Origin: Mobula hypostoma | Lineage: Eukaryota | DNA length: 64,000 bases | NCBI RefSeq assembly: GCF_963921235.1 | Contig: NC_086108.1 | Location: 65,412,001-65,476,000, forward strand | Direction: 5' to 3' | In this document: positions 36,295-49,645 of the stretch, in pieces | Numbering within the stretch: the first letter of the stretch is position 1 | Layout: the number at the start of each line of letters is the position of its first letter | Made by a program: the position numbers and the translations under genes | The notes under the pieces: model-generated | Told to the model about the DNA's origin: nothing | The model's database searches: none | Seen by the model: the letters and a program-made list of their open reading frames with translations, nothing else

Positions 36295-38378
36295 AAGGAA
36301 AGGTGAGAGTGGAAAATTACTCTGGAGAGGTAGTAATGGCGAACAAAGAAATAGCAGATGAACTGGAGAAGTATTTTGCATCAGTCTTCACTGTGAAAGA
36401 CATTATCAGTATACCAGAAATTCAAGAGTGTCAGAGGAGAAAAGTGAGTGTGGTTGCTTTTACAAGGAGAAGATGTTTGGGAAACTGAAAGGTCTGAAGG
36501 TAGACAAATCAATAGAACAGATAGAGTACACCATAATGTTCTGAAAGAGGTAGCTGAAAAGATTGTGAAGGCAGCAGTAATCACTAGATTCTGGAATAGT
36601 TCTGAAGGACTGGAAAATTGCAGGATGTCACTCCATGCTTTAAGATGTGAGGGAGAATTCAATGGCTGGGAAGATGGAGTCCATTATTAAGGATAAGGTT
36701 TTGGGGTGGTTGGAGGTGAATGACAAAGTAGGCCAAAGTCATCATGGTTTCCTTAAGGGGAAATCTTGCCTGACAAATCTGTTGGGATTCTTTGAGGAAA
36801 CAACAGGCAGTATAGACAATGGAGAATTAGTGGATGTTGTTAACTTGGATTTTCCGAAGTCCATTGACAAGGTGCTGCACATGGGGCTGTTAACAGGAAT
36901 GGGTATTACAGGAAAAATACTAGGATGGGTAGAGCATTGGCTGTCTGGCAGGAGGCAAAGAGTTTGGAATAAAGGGGGCCTCCTCTTTTTGGCTGCTGGT
37001 GACTAGTGGTGTTCCGCCAGGGTCGGCATTGGGACTGTGCCTTTTCATGTTATATGTCAACAATGTAGATAATGGAATTCATGGCTTTGTGGCCAGGTTT
37101 GCAGATGGTACAAAGATAGGTGGATGGGCAGGTAGTGCTGAGAAAGCAGGAGGACTGCAGAAGGACTTGGAATAGATTGGATAAATGGGCAGAGGAGTGG
37201 CAGATGGAATATAGTGTAGGGAAGTGGATGGTCATGGACATTGGTAGAATGAATAAAGGTGTAGACTATTTTCCAAATGGGAAGAAATTGAAAAATCAGA
37301 GGTGTAAAGGGATTTGGGAGTGCTTCTGCAAGATTCCCTAAAGGTTAACTGCAGGTTGAGTCAGTGGTAAGAAAGTCAAATGTAATGTTAGCATTCATTT
37401 TGGCAGGACTGGACTATAAGAAAAAAGGATGTGATGTTGAGGCTTTATAAAGCATTAGTCAGACGACTCTTGGAGTATAGTGAGGAGTTTTGGGCCCCTT
37501 GTCAAAGAAAAGATAGGTTGGCGGAGCAGGTTGACAAGAATGATTCTGGGAATGAAAGAGTTAATGTATGAGGAACGTTTGATGGCTTTGGGCCTGGAAT
37601 CACTGGAGTATAGAAAAATGAGGTGGGGGGAAATCTCATTGTGACCTGTTGAATATTGCAGTCTTTGATAGAGTGTATGTGGAGAGGATGTTTCCTGTAA
37701 TGGGTGAGTCTAGGACCAGAGGGCACATCTTCAGCATGGAGGGACCTCTATTTAGAACAGAGGTGAGAGGGAATATCTTTAGCCAGATGTTATGAGGAAG
37801 CAGTTCATTGGTTTGGTAAGTGAGACAGAAGACATTGATTGCAAATAAGCACTTAAATTATTTATTTACAAAGAGTAAAATATTTAACCAAACATCTAAG
37901 TCCCTTCAAGTTACACAACTACAAAATTAAAATTGTGTGGGCACTTGGGGATGAAAGAAAAGAGACCAGGCCTCTCGCATGTGCTATCTTTATACTCCTG
38001 ATGTGCCTGAAACTGGACATTGGTGCCATGGCACACAAGATAGCCAATGGGAAAGAGCTGCTTGTTCAAACAGGCCAGTTGATAACCGGCACAGTAGAAG
38101 CAGCTTTTGAACAACAAGTAAACTAACCTCCCACGTGACACCAGAGGCTGGTGAATCTGTGGAATTCATTGCCACAAGTGACTGGAGGCCAAGTCATTAA
38201 ATGTATGTATGGGAGAGGTTGATTGGTTCTTGGTTAGTCAGGGCTTCAAGGGTCACGGTGAGAAGGCAGGAAAATAGGATTGAGAGGGATAATAAGTCAG
38301 CCATGATGGAATGGTAGAGCAGAATTGATGGGCTGAGTGGTCTAATTCTGCTCCTGAGTCTTATGGCTTTATGGTCTA
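36295..38378 (+). mobile_element. CR1 3' half (continuation of 30440-32888)
   Basis: HGFLKGKSCLTNLL, GVPPG, FADGTK; 3'UTR ends ttatggtct. Confidence 0.88.
37788..38140 (-). mobile_element. Solo LTR (353 bp) with 5-bp TSD
   Basis: CCAGA|TGT...ACA|CCAGA; TATAAA and AATAAA in the expected order on the minus strand; host CR1 resumes cleanly. Confidence 0.8.
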
Positions 38379-38671
38379 ACTAGCCTTGCTTACTAGCGAA
38401 GCTTGCCATGTTCTTAAATGGCAGGCGTGGCCCAAGGGTCCTGCATACCTGCTTGAATTTGTTACGTTCTGCTGTCCTTGTATAAAGTGTTCCACAACAG
38501 TTTTAGCATGGGCAATTTAATGTAATGCATTTCCTGCCTATGTCGATGTGCACAAATAGCAAACACAATCTGATAGACCATTTGCTGGTTATTAGTGTTC
38601 TTGGTCATTAGCAAAGTGTTGGATGATCTTGTCAACTCTATCACTGAACAGTACTCACTGCTAAATGAAAA

Positions 38672-38885
38672 TAAAAACACTGTAGATGCTGGAAATGTGA
38701 AACAGAAACAGGAAATGTTGTAAACACTCAGAAGGCTGCTCCACATTTCAGGAAAGAGAAGCAATCAATTTTTCAGATATATAACTCTGTCAGAAATGTG
38801 ACAAAGGTCTTGGACCTGACTGTTTCTCCTTACACAGATGCTGACTGCCTTGTGTGTGTTTTAGTATTTTCTGATTTTGTTTCTG
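38672..38885. mobile_element. Old inverted pair of PLE ends
   Basis: ctgtagatgctggaaat...aaacagaaac on the left, mirrored by cacagatgctgactgcc...attttctgattttgtttc on the right. Confidence 0.55.
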
Positions 38886-39613
38886 CTCACCAGTTTTTTG
38901 TATAGTTTTAATTTCAGAATTTGTTGCAGTCTCGGTTCAAGCATGGCAAAAAATGAACTGAATTCGGGAGGGAAGTTGAGTATGATTGCCCATGCAACAT
39001 TTGACCAAGTGTGGTACCAAAGGAAATTGAAGGAAAACTGCACTGACTGAAACTATACCATACATTCAGAAGGATTATCCAGCTCACCCTCATCCTTGCA
39101 AGAGTTCCTCAGGGCAACTTCTTTGACTCAGCCATCTCTTTTGGTTTGTCAATGGCTTACCTACCTTTCACATGATCTGTTCATGCTCACAGCTTTTCAC
39201 AAAATGTGTGGCCATGTGCACAAGTCAGTTCCTGGTGGTATTTTGACATGAATTGACTAGTGCTAAATTTCATTCATGCCACTGATGTGCCAACATGAGA
39301 AAGGTTAACGCGTTTGTTAGGGGAATCCTGTCTGACTAATTTGACTGACTGCTTCAAAGAGGTAACAAAATGTGCAGGGCAGTCACTGTCAATGTAGTTT
39401 TTAATGGACTTCACTGAGGCCATTGATGTGGTCTCAAATTGGAGTCTGGTCCAAAAGGTTAGAGCCCATGGAATCCAGGGCAGAGTGATAAATAGAATCC
39501 AAAACTGGACTGGTGATAGGATAGGGGAATGCTGGGGAGTTGATTTTATATTTGCATGTCTGTGACCAGTGGTGTACCATAAGAAGTAGTGCTGGGTCTC
39601 TTTCTGTCATATA

Positions 39614-40705
39614 CAATGTAATCTGGTTAATTGGGCCATCGGTTAATTGGGGCACCTGATTATTTGGGATAACTCTTAAAGAACAAAATCCAATCAAAAA
39701 AAAACCTGGATTTCCTTTGTTTATTTGGGGCACGATGCCGCTTAATTGTGACAGAGAACTGATGCCGAACAGTCTCTAACTGACGTCAGTGAATCAGAAT
39801 CAGAATCAGGTTTATTATCAACGGCATGTGACATGAAATTTGTTAACTTAGCAGCAGCAGTTCAACGGAATACATAATCTAGCAGAGAGAAAATTAAAAA
39901 TAAATAAAATAATAATAAATAAACAAGTAAATCAATTACATATATTGAATAGATTTAAAAAACATGCAAAAACAGAAATGCTGTATATTTAAAAAAAAAA
40001 GTGAAGTAGTGTCTAAAGATTCAACGTCCATTGAGGAATTGGATGGCAGAGGGGAAGAAGCTGTTCCTGAATAACTGAGTGTGTGCCTTCAAGTGAGTGC
40101 ACTTGTGTGGCTGTTAGACACTACACCATGCTTTGACAGTTTTTTAAATAGTGTCATTTATGTTTGTGTTCCAAATGCAGTGGATTTTTGTCACTGATAG
40201 TAAGACAATTCAGGACTGCTCACTGTGGTTTCAAGCATTCAGGCTTCGAGATGCCTTAAATGGCCGAGAGCAAAAAGAAAAGATTTCACTACTTCAACAA
40301 GTTAGGAGCTACATAGAAGTTGAAGGTAATGACAGTCATCTGGAATGCTACAATGAAAATGAAGATTTGGAGGATAAAAGCATTGTATGAAGACAGTATG
40401 AAGATATTTTCACTAGGTCACAGCACTGATTTTGTTCATTTGCAGTCACTCAAAAAAACAGCAGCATACACTGGATGAATTCTTCTGACAATAACTATAG
40501 GAACTAATAGACAATTTTATAGTACTGTACTGGTATTGATAGTATTCTACTTTGTTCTGTATTTCATCTAAATACATAATTTGTTACTAAGTTAAATGGT
40601 AATTTGTTTTTTTAAATACCTTTTTAACTATTTCCATGAAACTTCAGTTATTTGCGGCAGCTGCTTAATTGATCATGATGTGTCTCAATTAACTGGAATC
40701 CACTG
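39614..40705. mobile_element. Tigger/pogo-like non-autonomous DNA transposon
   Basis: TA-caatgtaatctggttaattggg ... ctcaattaactggaatccactg imperfect ~22-bp TIRs. Confidence 0.55.
39792..40092 (-). mobile_element. Rex1/Babar 3' end nested in the DNA transposon
   Basis: (aatcag)n tail; gatggcagaggggaagaagctgttcctgaa matches the end of 8880-9672. Confidence 0.75.
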
Positions 40706-40736
40706 AGTATTGTTGGTTTAGATATGAATGTAGTTT

Positions 40737-42078
40737 TATATTCACTTTGCCTCCAACTTCCACCCTGCCCTCAAATTTACCTGGTCCATTTCTGACACTT
40801 CCTTTCCCTTTCTCGACCTCACTGTCTCTATCTCCAGAGTTGGCTTATCCACTGATGTCTATTATAAACCAGCGAACTTTCACAGCTACCTGGACTGTAT
40901 CTCGTCCCACCTTGCTACTTGTAAAAATGCCATCCCCTTCTCTCAATTCCTCCATCTCCACGGCATCTGCTCTCAGGATAAGGCTTTTCGTTCTAGAGCG
41001 AAGGAGATGTCTTCCTTTTTCAAAGAAAGGGGCTTCCCTTCCTTCACCATCAACGCTGCTCTCAACTGCATCTCTTCCATTTCATGCACGTTTGCTCTTA
41101 CCTCATCCTCCTGCCATGTTATCAGGGATAGGGTTCTTCTTGCCCTCAGCTACCACTCCACCAGCCTCCGCATCCAACGCATAATTCTCCGAAACTTCTG
41201 TCACCTCCAACTGGATCCCACCACCAAACACGTCTTTCTCTCCCCTCATTTTCTCCTTTCTGCAAGGACCTCTCCCTACGTGACTCCCTTGTCCGTTTGC
41301 CCTCCCCACTGATCTCCCTCCTGGCACTTATCCTTGCAAGCGGAACATGTGCTACACCTGCCCCTTCTCCCTCGCTACCATTCAGGGCCCCAAACAGTCC
41401 GTCCAAGTGAGGCAATATTTCACCTGTCAGGCTGTTGGAGTCATATACTGTGTTTGGTGCTCCTGGTGTGACCTCTTGCATATTGGTGAGACCCGAAGTA
41501 GATTGGGAGACGGCTTCACCGAGCATCTACGCTCCGTTCGCCAGATCAAGTGGGATCTCCCAGTGGCCGTCCATTTTAATTCCACTTCCCATTCGCATTC
41601 TGACGTATCAGTCCACGGCCTCCTCCACTGTTGGAATAAGGCCACACTTAAGTTGGAGGAGCAACACCTTGTATTCCATTTGGGTATCCAACCTGATAAC
41701 ATGAACATGGATTTCTCAAACTTCTAGTAATGCCCCCCCCTTTCCATTTCCCATCCCCTTGTCCATCTCTCATGTTATCTCCTTGCCTGTCCATTGTCTC
41801 CCTCTGCTGCTCCTCCTCTACCCCCCCCCGCCATATCTTTCTTCCATGGCCTTCTGTCTCTTTCACCTGTCAGCTTCCCAGCTCTTTGCTTCATCCCTCC
41901 CCCTCCAAGTTTCACCTATCGCCTGGCATTTGTCTGTCCCCTCTCCCCACCTTTCAAATCTACTCCTCAGCTTTTTGTTCCACCAGTCCTGCCGAAAGGT
42001 TTCGGCCTGAAACATTGATATTCTTTTTCATAGATGTTGCCTGGCCTGCTGAGTTCCTCCAGCATTTTGTGTGTGTTT
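40737..42078 (+). mobile_element. Penelope-like element (Neptune-type): RT C-terminus + Cys linker + GIY-YIG endonuclease + pLTR end
   Basis: FHPALKFTWSISDTSLPFLD, MSSFFKERGFP, CYTCP..FTC..VIYCVWCSWCDLLHIGETRSRL..EHL; degenerate hammerhead CUGcCGA...GAAAC at 41989-42016. Confidence 0.9.
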
Positions 42079-42626
42079 TAGGTATTATGATTAGTAGGGT
42101 TGAAGATGACGTCAAGATTGGCTGTGTTGATAATGACTGGGATAGTCTTAAGCTGAGGAAGATATTGATAAGTTGATGAAATTGAAGATGTTATTTAATT
42201 TTGATGTCTGCAAGGCATATTGGGAGGACTAATTACAGTTGGACAGGTAGAATAAAAGGCTCCAAGGATTATTCTGGAACAGAGGGACCTTGGCATACAT
42301 CCATGACTCACTGAAGGTGACAGCACAGCAAGCTAGGATGGTGATAAAAATGTGTGGGTTGCTGGCCTTCATTAGCTAGGGACTTGAATTTATGAACAGG
42401 GAGGTTATTGTTCAGCTTCATAAAACATTGGTTAATTTGTTTGTCACATCAGATAAAAATAACCAAGTACAATACTGTATCTTTGCTCAATTTAATTTGA
42501 TTAAAACAATCTCCTTTTTATTTGCTATTCCTGAAGCAATATCTCACACAATGTTCAGCACTTTTTATGATCTTCCATTGCTATTACTGTGGATTTTTTG
42601 AATTCTTCATGACAATTCTCAAAATA

Positions 42627-42925
42627 GAGATATAGAGAGATACGGTAGAGAAGCAGGCCCTTCACACCACCAACAATCAGACACCCATTTACACTAATTC
42701 TACGTGAGTCCCATTTTTCATTTCCCCCACACACTCAACAACTCCCCCAGATTCAATTACTGATCTACAGATGAGGGGTAATTAACTTACCAACCCATAT
42801 GCATTTAGCGTGTGGAAGAAAATTGGAGTGTTCAGATGAAAGCCATGCATTCACCTGGAGGGCATACAAACTCCACATAGAGAGCAATGGCAGCAGCTCT
42901 ACTAGATGAGAATCTGTGCCACCCA
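42627..42925 (-). mobile_element. V-SINE-like element, degraded
   Basis: tgtggaagaaaattggag...acaaactccacata core, similar to the 19430 and 55016 copies. Confidence 0.55.
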
Positions 42926-44219
42926 TTAGTCATTGAGAGTCTCCCTGAATTTTCAATGAAATTAATCAAAAATTAAGCATCTTGCTACTTTGCCTCATTA
43001 GGTTTCTACATATAGCAGATCTTCAGCAACTTAAGAACCAGCTCACTAGTGTCTTAGTCCATTATGCAGGACCCATTAATGCGACAAAGCGAGCTGCATA
43101 TGCATCACCTGCAGTGTGTGCCCTGTTTGTGAAAAGGGAACATGTAAGTTATTGTTCTTGAAGAAATTATTGTTTGCATTCTAAGGTGTTCACCAAAAAT
43201 ATTATGCAGCAACATTATTCCATTGTATAGCAATCTGCCAAATTTAAATACTGACATAAATGAGTCGACTGGGAGGAAGCTCACTAATTATATTTGTAAT
43301 GCTTGCATTGTACTGTTAATGGACGGTGCATTAACACTGTAAGAAGATTTTTTTTGTGATAATGCCTGAAGATCCTAATTTCATACACTATTCTTGTGTA
43401 TTCTTAAATCTGAGGCTGCAAATTAGAATTAGAATTTGCAAAGACATGTGTCACAAAGGGCAATAAAGGCAACCTAAGAATTGAAAGGAAATATTGTTAT
43501 CTTTCTCTGGTTTCTGTGGATAGTTATTTTAATACTTAGATTTTCTGGCATAGAAAACTGTGACCCACACCAATGTTTTCATGGAATCTTGCAGGTAATG
43601 TATTGGGTAAAACTGATTAGATTTGAAAGATACTGGTTTTCATCTTAGACTTCTAATAATACAAATTTGATTCTAACCAGCTGAGTTGTCCAAAATCCCA
43701 GAATGTCAAGTGTCACTGGGTTGTTACATATTGAGCCAAGATCTTTTTTCCATTCTTGGGGAAAGAATTTGATTTCTCACATCTGCTTTTAGTTTATTGT
43801 ACAAAAAAATGCCAAGAAATTGGATTACATCGTACTATTTATCTGTGCTTTACATGATTCAATTTCAATTAAAAAATATTCAGTTACAAAGAAAAAAATT
43901 AAAGATTCATTGCATGTTTTAAGATGTCATGGACTTCCTTCTAAGTTATTTGTGCATCTAAAGTGTCTTTGCACAGATGTACTTAGTTAAGTGCATATCT
44001 GGTTGCAACTTTAATGAATTGAACACATGGTAAGCTGGGTGATAGTTTGGGACATTTGTACAGAAGCAGATTGTCACAAGAATTGTGAGGACTGCTTCAT
44101 CATTACAGAAAAAAAGTCAGATATCTTTTGCTTTGGTGAGTAACCCTTTGTTCTTTTGTAATAAATACTTGTAAATTGTATGAACTCCCTCATGTTGCAT
44201 ACCCCAACTATATCCATGG

Positions 44220-47200
44220 ATCTGATGGCTTTGTGGCCAGGTTGGCGACAATAAATATAAATGGAGTGGCACGTAGTTTTGAGGAAGCAGGGAGTTTACA
44301 GAAGGACTTAGGCAGATGTGGAGAATGGGCAAAGAAGTGGCAGGTGGAATTATAGTGTAGGGTCGTGTATGGTCATGCACTTTGGTAGAAGGAACAGACA
44401 AAACAATAAGAAAATCCAGAAATTAGAGGTGCAAGGAAGTTTAGGAGTCCTTGTGCAGGATTCCCTGGAGGGTAACATGCAGGTTGAGTTAGCGGTAGAG
44501 TAATAACAAAGTACAGCACAGAAGCAGGACCATTGGCCCATCTAGTCTATGCCAAAGCTATTTAAACTGTCTGCACCTAGATCACAGCCCTCCATATCCC
44601 TACTATTCATGTACCTATCCAAACTCTTAAATGTTGAAATCGAGCTTGCATGCACCACATGAGCTGGCAGCTCATTCCACATTCTCATGACCCTCTGAAT
44701 GAAGAACTTTCCCCTCATGTTCCCCTTTAACTTCTCACCTTCCACCCTTGGCCCATGAACCACCCAACCTCAGTGGAAAAAGTCTGCTTGTATTTATCCT
44801 AGCTATACCCCTCATAATTTTGTATACCTCCCTCAAATCTCCTTTCAGTCTTCTGTGTCCTAAAGAATACATTCCTAACCTATTCAATCTTTCCTTATAA
44901 AGCAGGTCCTCCAGACCCAACAACAGTACCTGTATTCTTTTTCCTACCACACTCCTCGGTGCTCTCTCGTTCACTGTGTAAGACTTACCCTGGTTGGTGC
45001 TACCGAAGTGCAAAACCTCGCGATTATCTGCATTAAATTCCATCTGCTATTTTCCAGCTGATGCAGGTCCTTCTGCAAGCCATGATAGCCTTACTCACCG
45101 TCCACAACACGCCCGATCTTGGTGTCATCTGCAAATTTGCTGATCCAGTTAACCACATTATCATCCTGATCTTTGAAGTATACAGTAAAAAATAAAGGAC
45201 CCAGCACCGATCCCTGCGGCACACCACTAGTCACGGGCCTTCAGTTAGGGAGCCCATCCTCTACTACCATTCTCTGGTTTCTCCCACGAGGCCAATGTGT
45301 ATTCCAATTTACTACCTCATACTGAATGCCAAGCGCCTGAACCTTCTTGGCCAGCCTCCCATGTGGGACCTTGTCCAATGTCTTACTAAAGTTCATGTAG
45401 ACAACATCACTGCCTTGCCTTCATCCACTTTCCCGGTAACTTAGGATTCTCTTTCACCTTGTCTGCCAGAACAATTCATGCCTTCTTTTAGCCTTCCTGA
45501 TTTCTTTCTTGAATGTTCTCTTGCATCTCTTGTACTTCATAAGCACCTCATTTGTTCCTACTTGCCTATACTTGCTATGCACCTCCTTGTTTTTCCTCTT
45601 AACCAGGGCCTCAATATCTCTTGAAAACCAAGGTTCCCGACACTTGTTATCTTTACCTTCTATGATGATAGGCTCATGCAAGCTTTGTACTCTTAAAATA
45701 CCACTTTTGAAGGCCTCCCACCTTTGCCAGAATACAGCCTCTCCCAATCCACACTTGCTAGATCATTTTTGATACCATCAAAATCGTCCTTTCTCCAATT
45801 TTGAATCACAATCAACGGACCAGGCCTATCTTTTTACATATTTAATTTGAAACTAATGGTGTTGTGGTCACTAGATGCAAAGTGTTCCCCCACACAAACT
45901 TCTGTCACCCGCCCTGTCTCATTCCCTAATAGCAGATCCAGTATCGCGTGCTCTCTCATTGGGACTTCTACATACTGATGAAAGAATCTTTCCTGAACGC
46001 ATTTGACAAACTCTATCCCTTCTAGTCCTTTTACAGTATGGGATTCCCAATCACTATGTGGAATGTTAAAGTCACCTATTATAACAACCTTACAACGGTC
46101 TGCGATCTCTGTACAAATTTGTTCCTCTCAATCCTTAGGGCTGTTGGGTGTTCTGTAATTATAGTTCCATTTCTTATTTCTCAGATCCACCCATAACGCC
46201 TCACTAGACGAGTTCTCCAGTCTGTCCTGACGGCACACTGCCGTGACATTTTCCCGGACCGGTAACACCACCCTTCTCCCTTTAATCCCACACACTCTGT
46301 AAAGTCTAAGACAATGGAATTCCCGACTATTGAGCTACTAGCAACCAAGATTCACTAATGGTTACAACATCATAATTCTAGTTGGTGATCCATGCCCTGA
46401 GTTCATCTGTCTTACCTACGATACTTCCTGCATTTAAATATACGCAGCTCAGGACAATAGTCCCACCATGCTCAACCTTTTGATTCTGGACTTTGTCTTG
46501 AGAGCTTGCCAGTATCTGCCTCTGCAAACTCTCCATTTACTGTTCTGGCACTCTGGTTCCCAACTCCTTACAACTCTAGTTTAGACCCTGCTGTGCAACA
46601 TTAACAAACCTTTTCACTTGGATATTAGACCCCCCCCCCAGTTCAGGCACAAACCATCCTTTCTGTACAGGTCCCACCTTTCCTGGAAGAGAGCCCAGTA
46701 AACAAAAAATCTTATGTCCTCCCTCCTACACCAGCTCCTTAGCCACATGTTAAACTGTATAATCTTCCTAGTTCTGGTCTCACTAACACGTGGCATGGGT
46801 AGGCATCCTGAAGGTCCTGGCCCTCAACTTTGTTTCTAACTCCTTGAGTTCCCTATGCAGAACCCCGTCACTCATCCTACCCATGCCATTGTTCACCCTC
46901 CCACTTAAGTATGCTGAGGACTCAACCTGAACTGTCCCGGACCCTGGCACCTGGAAGGCAACGTACCATCTGGAAATCTTGTTCTTGCCCACAGAACCTC
47001 CTGTCCGTTCCCCTAACTAACAAATTCCCTATCACCACAGATCACCTCTTCTCCCCCTTCCCTTCAGAGCCACAGAGACCTGAACTCTGTGACTTTTCTC
47101 TGTTTGGTCATCTCCCTAACCCGCCCCCCCAACCCCACCCCAAACAGTATCCAAAATGATGTGCCTGTTGTTGAGGGGATGGCCACAGGAGTACTCTGCA

Positions 47201-48310
47201 GTAGTTCCTTAACTCCTTTCCCCTTCCTGATTGTCACCCATTTTCCTGTGTCCTGCTCCTTGGATGTAACTACCTCTCCATATGTCCTATCTATCACCCT
47301 TTCAGCCTCCCAAATGATCGAGTTCATCCAGTTCCAGCTCCAACCCCTTAACACGGATTGTTAGAAGCCGCAGCACTTCTCGCAGTTGTAGTCGTCAGGG
47401 ATACCTGAGGTTTCCCTGCATTCCCATATCCCACAAGTGGAGCGTTCAGCTATCCTGCCTGGCATCTCTACAGCCATAATTGAGCAGATATAATGAGCGG
47501 AAGGGGGAGAAAAGACCTTAACCTGCAGCTTTTCTTTTCTTTGTTTTCTCTGACTGAAGCTTCTCTTCACCGAAGCCTCAAAGAGTTGAAGCCTCAAGAT
47601 CACCACTCTGACTGTGTCCACTCCAACGACAGTCTCAGTGCTTGCTCTGCCTCTTTTAATTTGCACTTGCTTATCAATCCCAAATGTGAATTGGTCGCTG
47701 GTTATAGCTCAATTACTCTGCCGCGATCCGCTGCTGCCTTTTTCTACTTGGGCAGTGGACCTGAGTGAGATCCCCTTTTTTCAAACTTACAGTGTTCAGA
47801 TTGGTTGTTCGTCAAAGCTTCAGCAGGTAAGGAAGGTAAATGCAACGTTAGCATTTATTTTGAGAGAACTAGAATATGAAAGCAAGGGTGTAATTCTGAG
47901 GCTTTACAAGGCATTGGTCAGCCCACACTTGGAGTATTCTGAGCAGTTTTGGACCCAATCTGCTGGCATTGCAGAAGGTCCAGAGGAGGTTCACAAGAAT
48001 GATGCCAGGAATGACAGAGGATTTGGAGAAGATGTTTTCTGTTTAGAACAGAGATGAGAAATAATTTCTTTAGCCAGAGGCTGATGAATCTATGGAATTC
48101 ATTGTCACAGATGGCTGTGGAGGCCAAGTCACTGAGTATATTTAAAGTGGAGCTTGATAGGCCTTAATTAGTAAGGGTGTCAAAGGTTATGGTGAGAAGA
48201 CAGGAGAATGGATTTGGAAGGGATAATGAATCAGCCATGATGGAATAGCAGGGCCGACTCGATAGGCCAAATTGCCTAATTCTGCTCCTATATCTTATGG
48301 TCTTCTGGTC
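44220..48310 (+). mobile_element. CR1 3' fragment (host), split by an antisense CR1
   Basis: LGVLVQDSL..MQVE at ~44450 resumes as VRKVNATLAFI..LYKALVSPHLEY at ~47825. Confidence 0.75.
44500..47820 (-). mobile_element. Internally deleted CR1 including 5'UTR and ORF1
   Basis: ORF1 CxxC (STCGIWE..DDYNCEKC), esterase WALFQERWDLYRKDG, APE and RT remnants, GKFFIQRVMRMWNELP end. Confidence 0.85.
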
Positions 48311-48899
48311 CAATCTTGTAACACTACCCCAGCCTCATCTTCCATGACACTCCATTCCAATCATCACCACAAACTGGATGTAGACCCTTTCCAACATCAC
48401 AATCTGCAGATTAAACAGTCTCCAAGAGCAAACCCTACTCCCTCCACTCCTTGCTCACTGACTGATGCCCTGGACAAAAATTATCCTCTGCCCTGCAAAC
48501 CCTAATTTAACGGATTTTCTTTGTGTGATGCACCAACAAATGAAGGCTGTTGGAAAATGTATGGGCCACTTAAACTTTCGGGACACTTAAACTAATTCTT
48601 AATTGGTTGTTGTGTGTGGAATGCATTGCACAACAATGCATCTTTGAATTTCTGGTCCAATACATTTTAGGGTCTAAAGTTGATCTGCAAGTTAAAAACA
48701 ACCAAATTCTGAATCTGAGTTGGATTTCAGAATGCATCACTTATCAGTTGTGACTTGTTAGCTTGCATATGATCCTCATGCCCTATTTGATCCATGTGCT
48801 AGTCAGGGTAGTGACAGGTTGATAAGGCAAAAGAATGTGGGACTGAAGAGCTAGTGCATTTTTCAGCCACTTGGACCATTGAGATCTCTTCTGAAGCTG

Positions 48900-49645
48900 A
48901 GGTGACTGATACACAAGAGATAGGTCGCTTCTGAACTGGCGTGGGTCCAATGTTCTTGTGGGGAGGTTCACTAGTTCTATTTGGTAGGGATAACTAGTCT
49001 AACAGAGGGATAGAACTGAAAATGGTAGTGTATCAGATACAAGCACATCCAATAGGCAGTCCGGTCAGGGTAGGAAGAGGAATATGGAAGGTCTGATGGA
49101 CTAAAGTGCATTAATTTAATGCCAGAAGCCTCCCAGGTAAGGCAGGTGAACTCAGCATGGATGGGCCACACTGGATTGTGATACTATAGCTATTACAAGA
49201 ATACAACTGGGGACTGGTAGCTCATGTTCTGCATATTAATTCTTCTAGTGTAAGAGAGGAAAGGGATTTGCAGTATTGACGGGGAGGGATCATTGAGCGA
49301 GGATATCCTCTGGGTAATGCCCAGCAAAGCCTTATGGGTAGAGCTTTGAAATAAAAGCTAGGCGATCACTATGATGCCATTATACTGTAGACCCCTCCCC
49401 CATAGTGACTAGGAATTACAGGACTATACAAAGAGATGTGAGAATTATAAGGTTGTAATATTTTAACTTCCCTAATATTAGTTAGAATCATCTTAGTGCT
49501 ATAGGATTGGATGGGGCAGAATTTATGAAATGTGTTCAGGAGAGTTTTATGAGGTAATAATGTTGATGGTCCTACATGAGGATTATGGTTGGCATAGGTG
49601 TTGTGGGCCAAAGGGCCTGCTTCTGTACAGTATATCTGTATGACA
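48900..49645 (+). mobile_element. Old internally deleted CR1
   Basis: LKCINLMP / FNFPNI / LDGAEFMKCVQE remnants joined to the CR1 tail ggccaaagggcctg. Confidence 0.6.

Larger units (their letters stand above)
39300..42435 (+). mobile_element. Old CR1 RT fragment split by nested insertions
   Basis: SCLTNL/DFTEA..D at 39320-39430; resumes at 40706-40735 and at 42079 (EDDVKIG). Confidence 0.65.
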
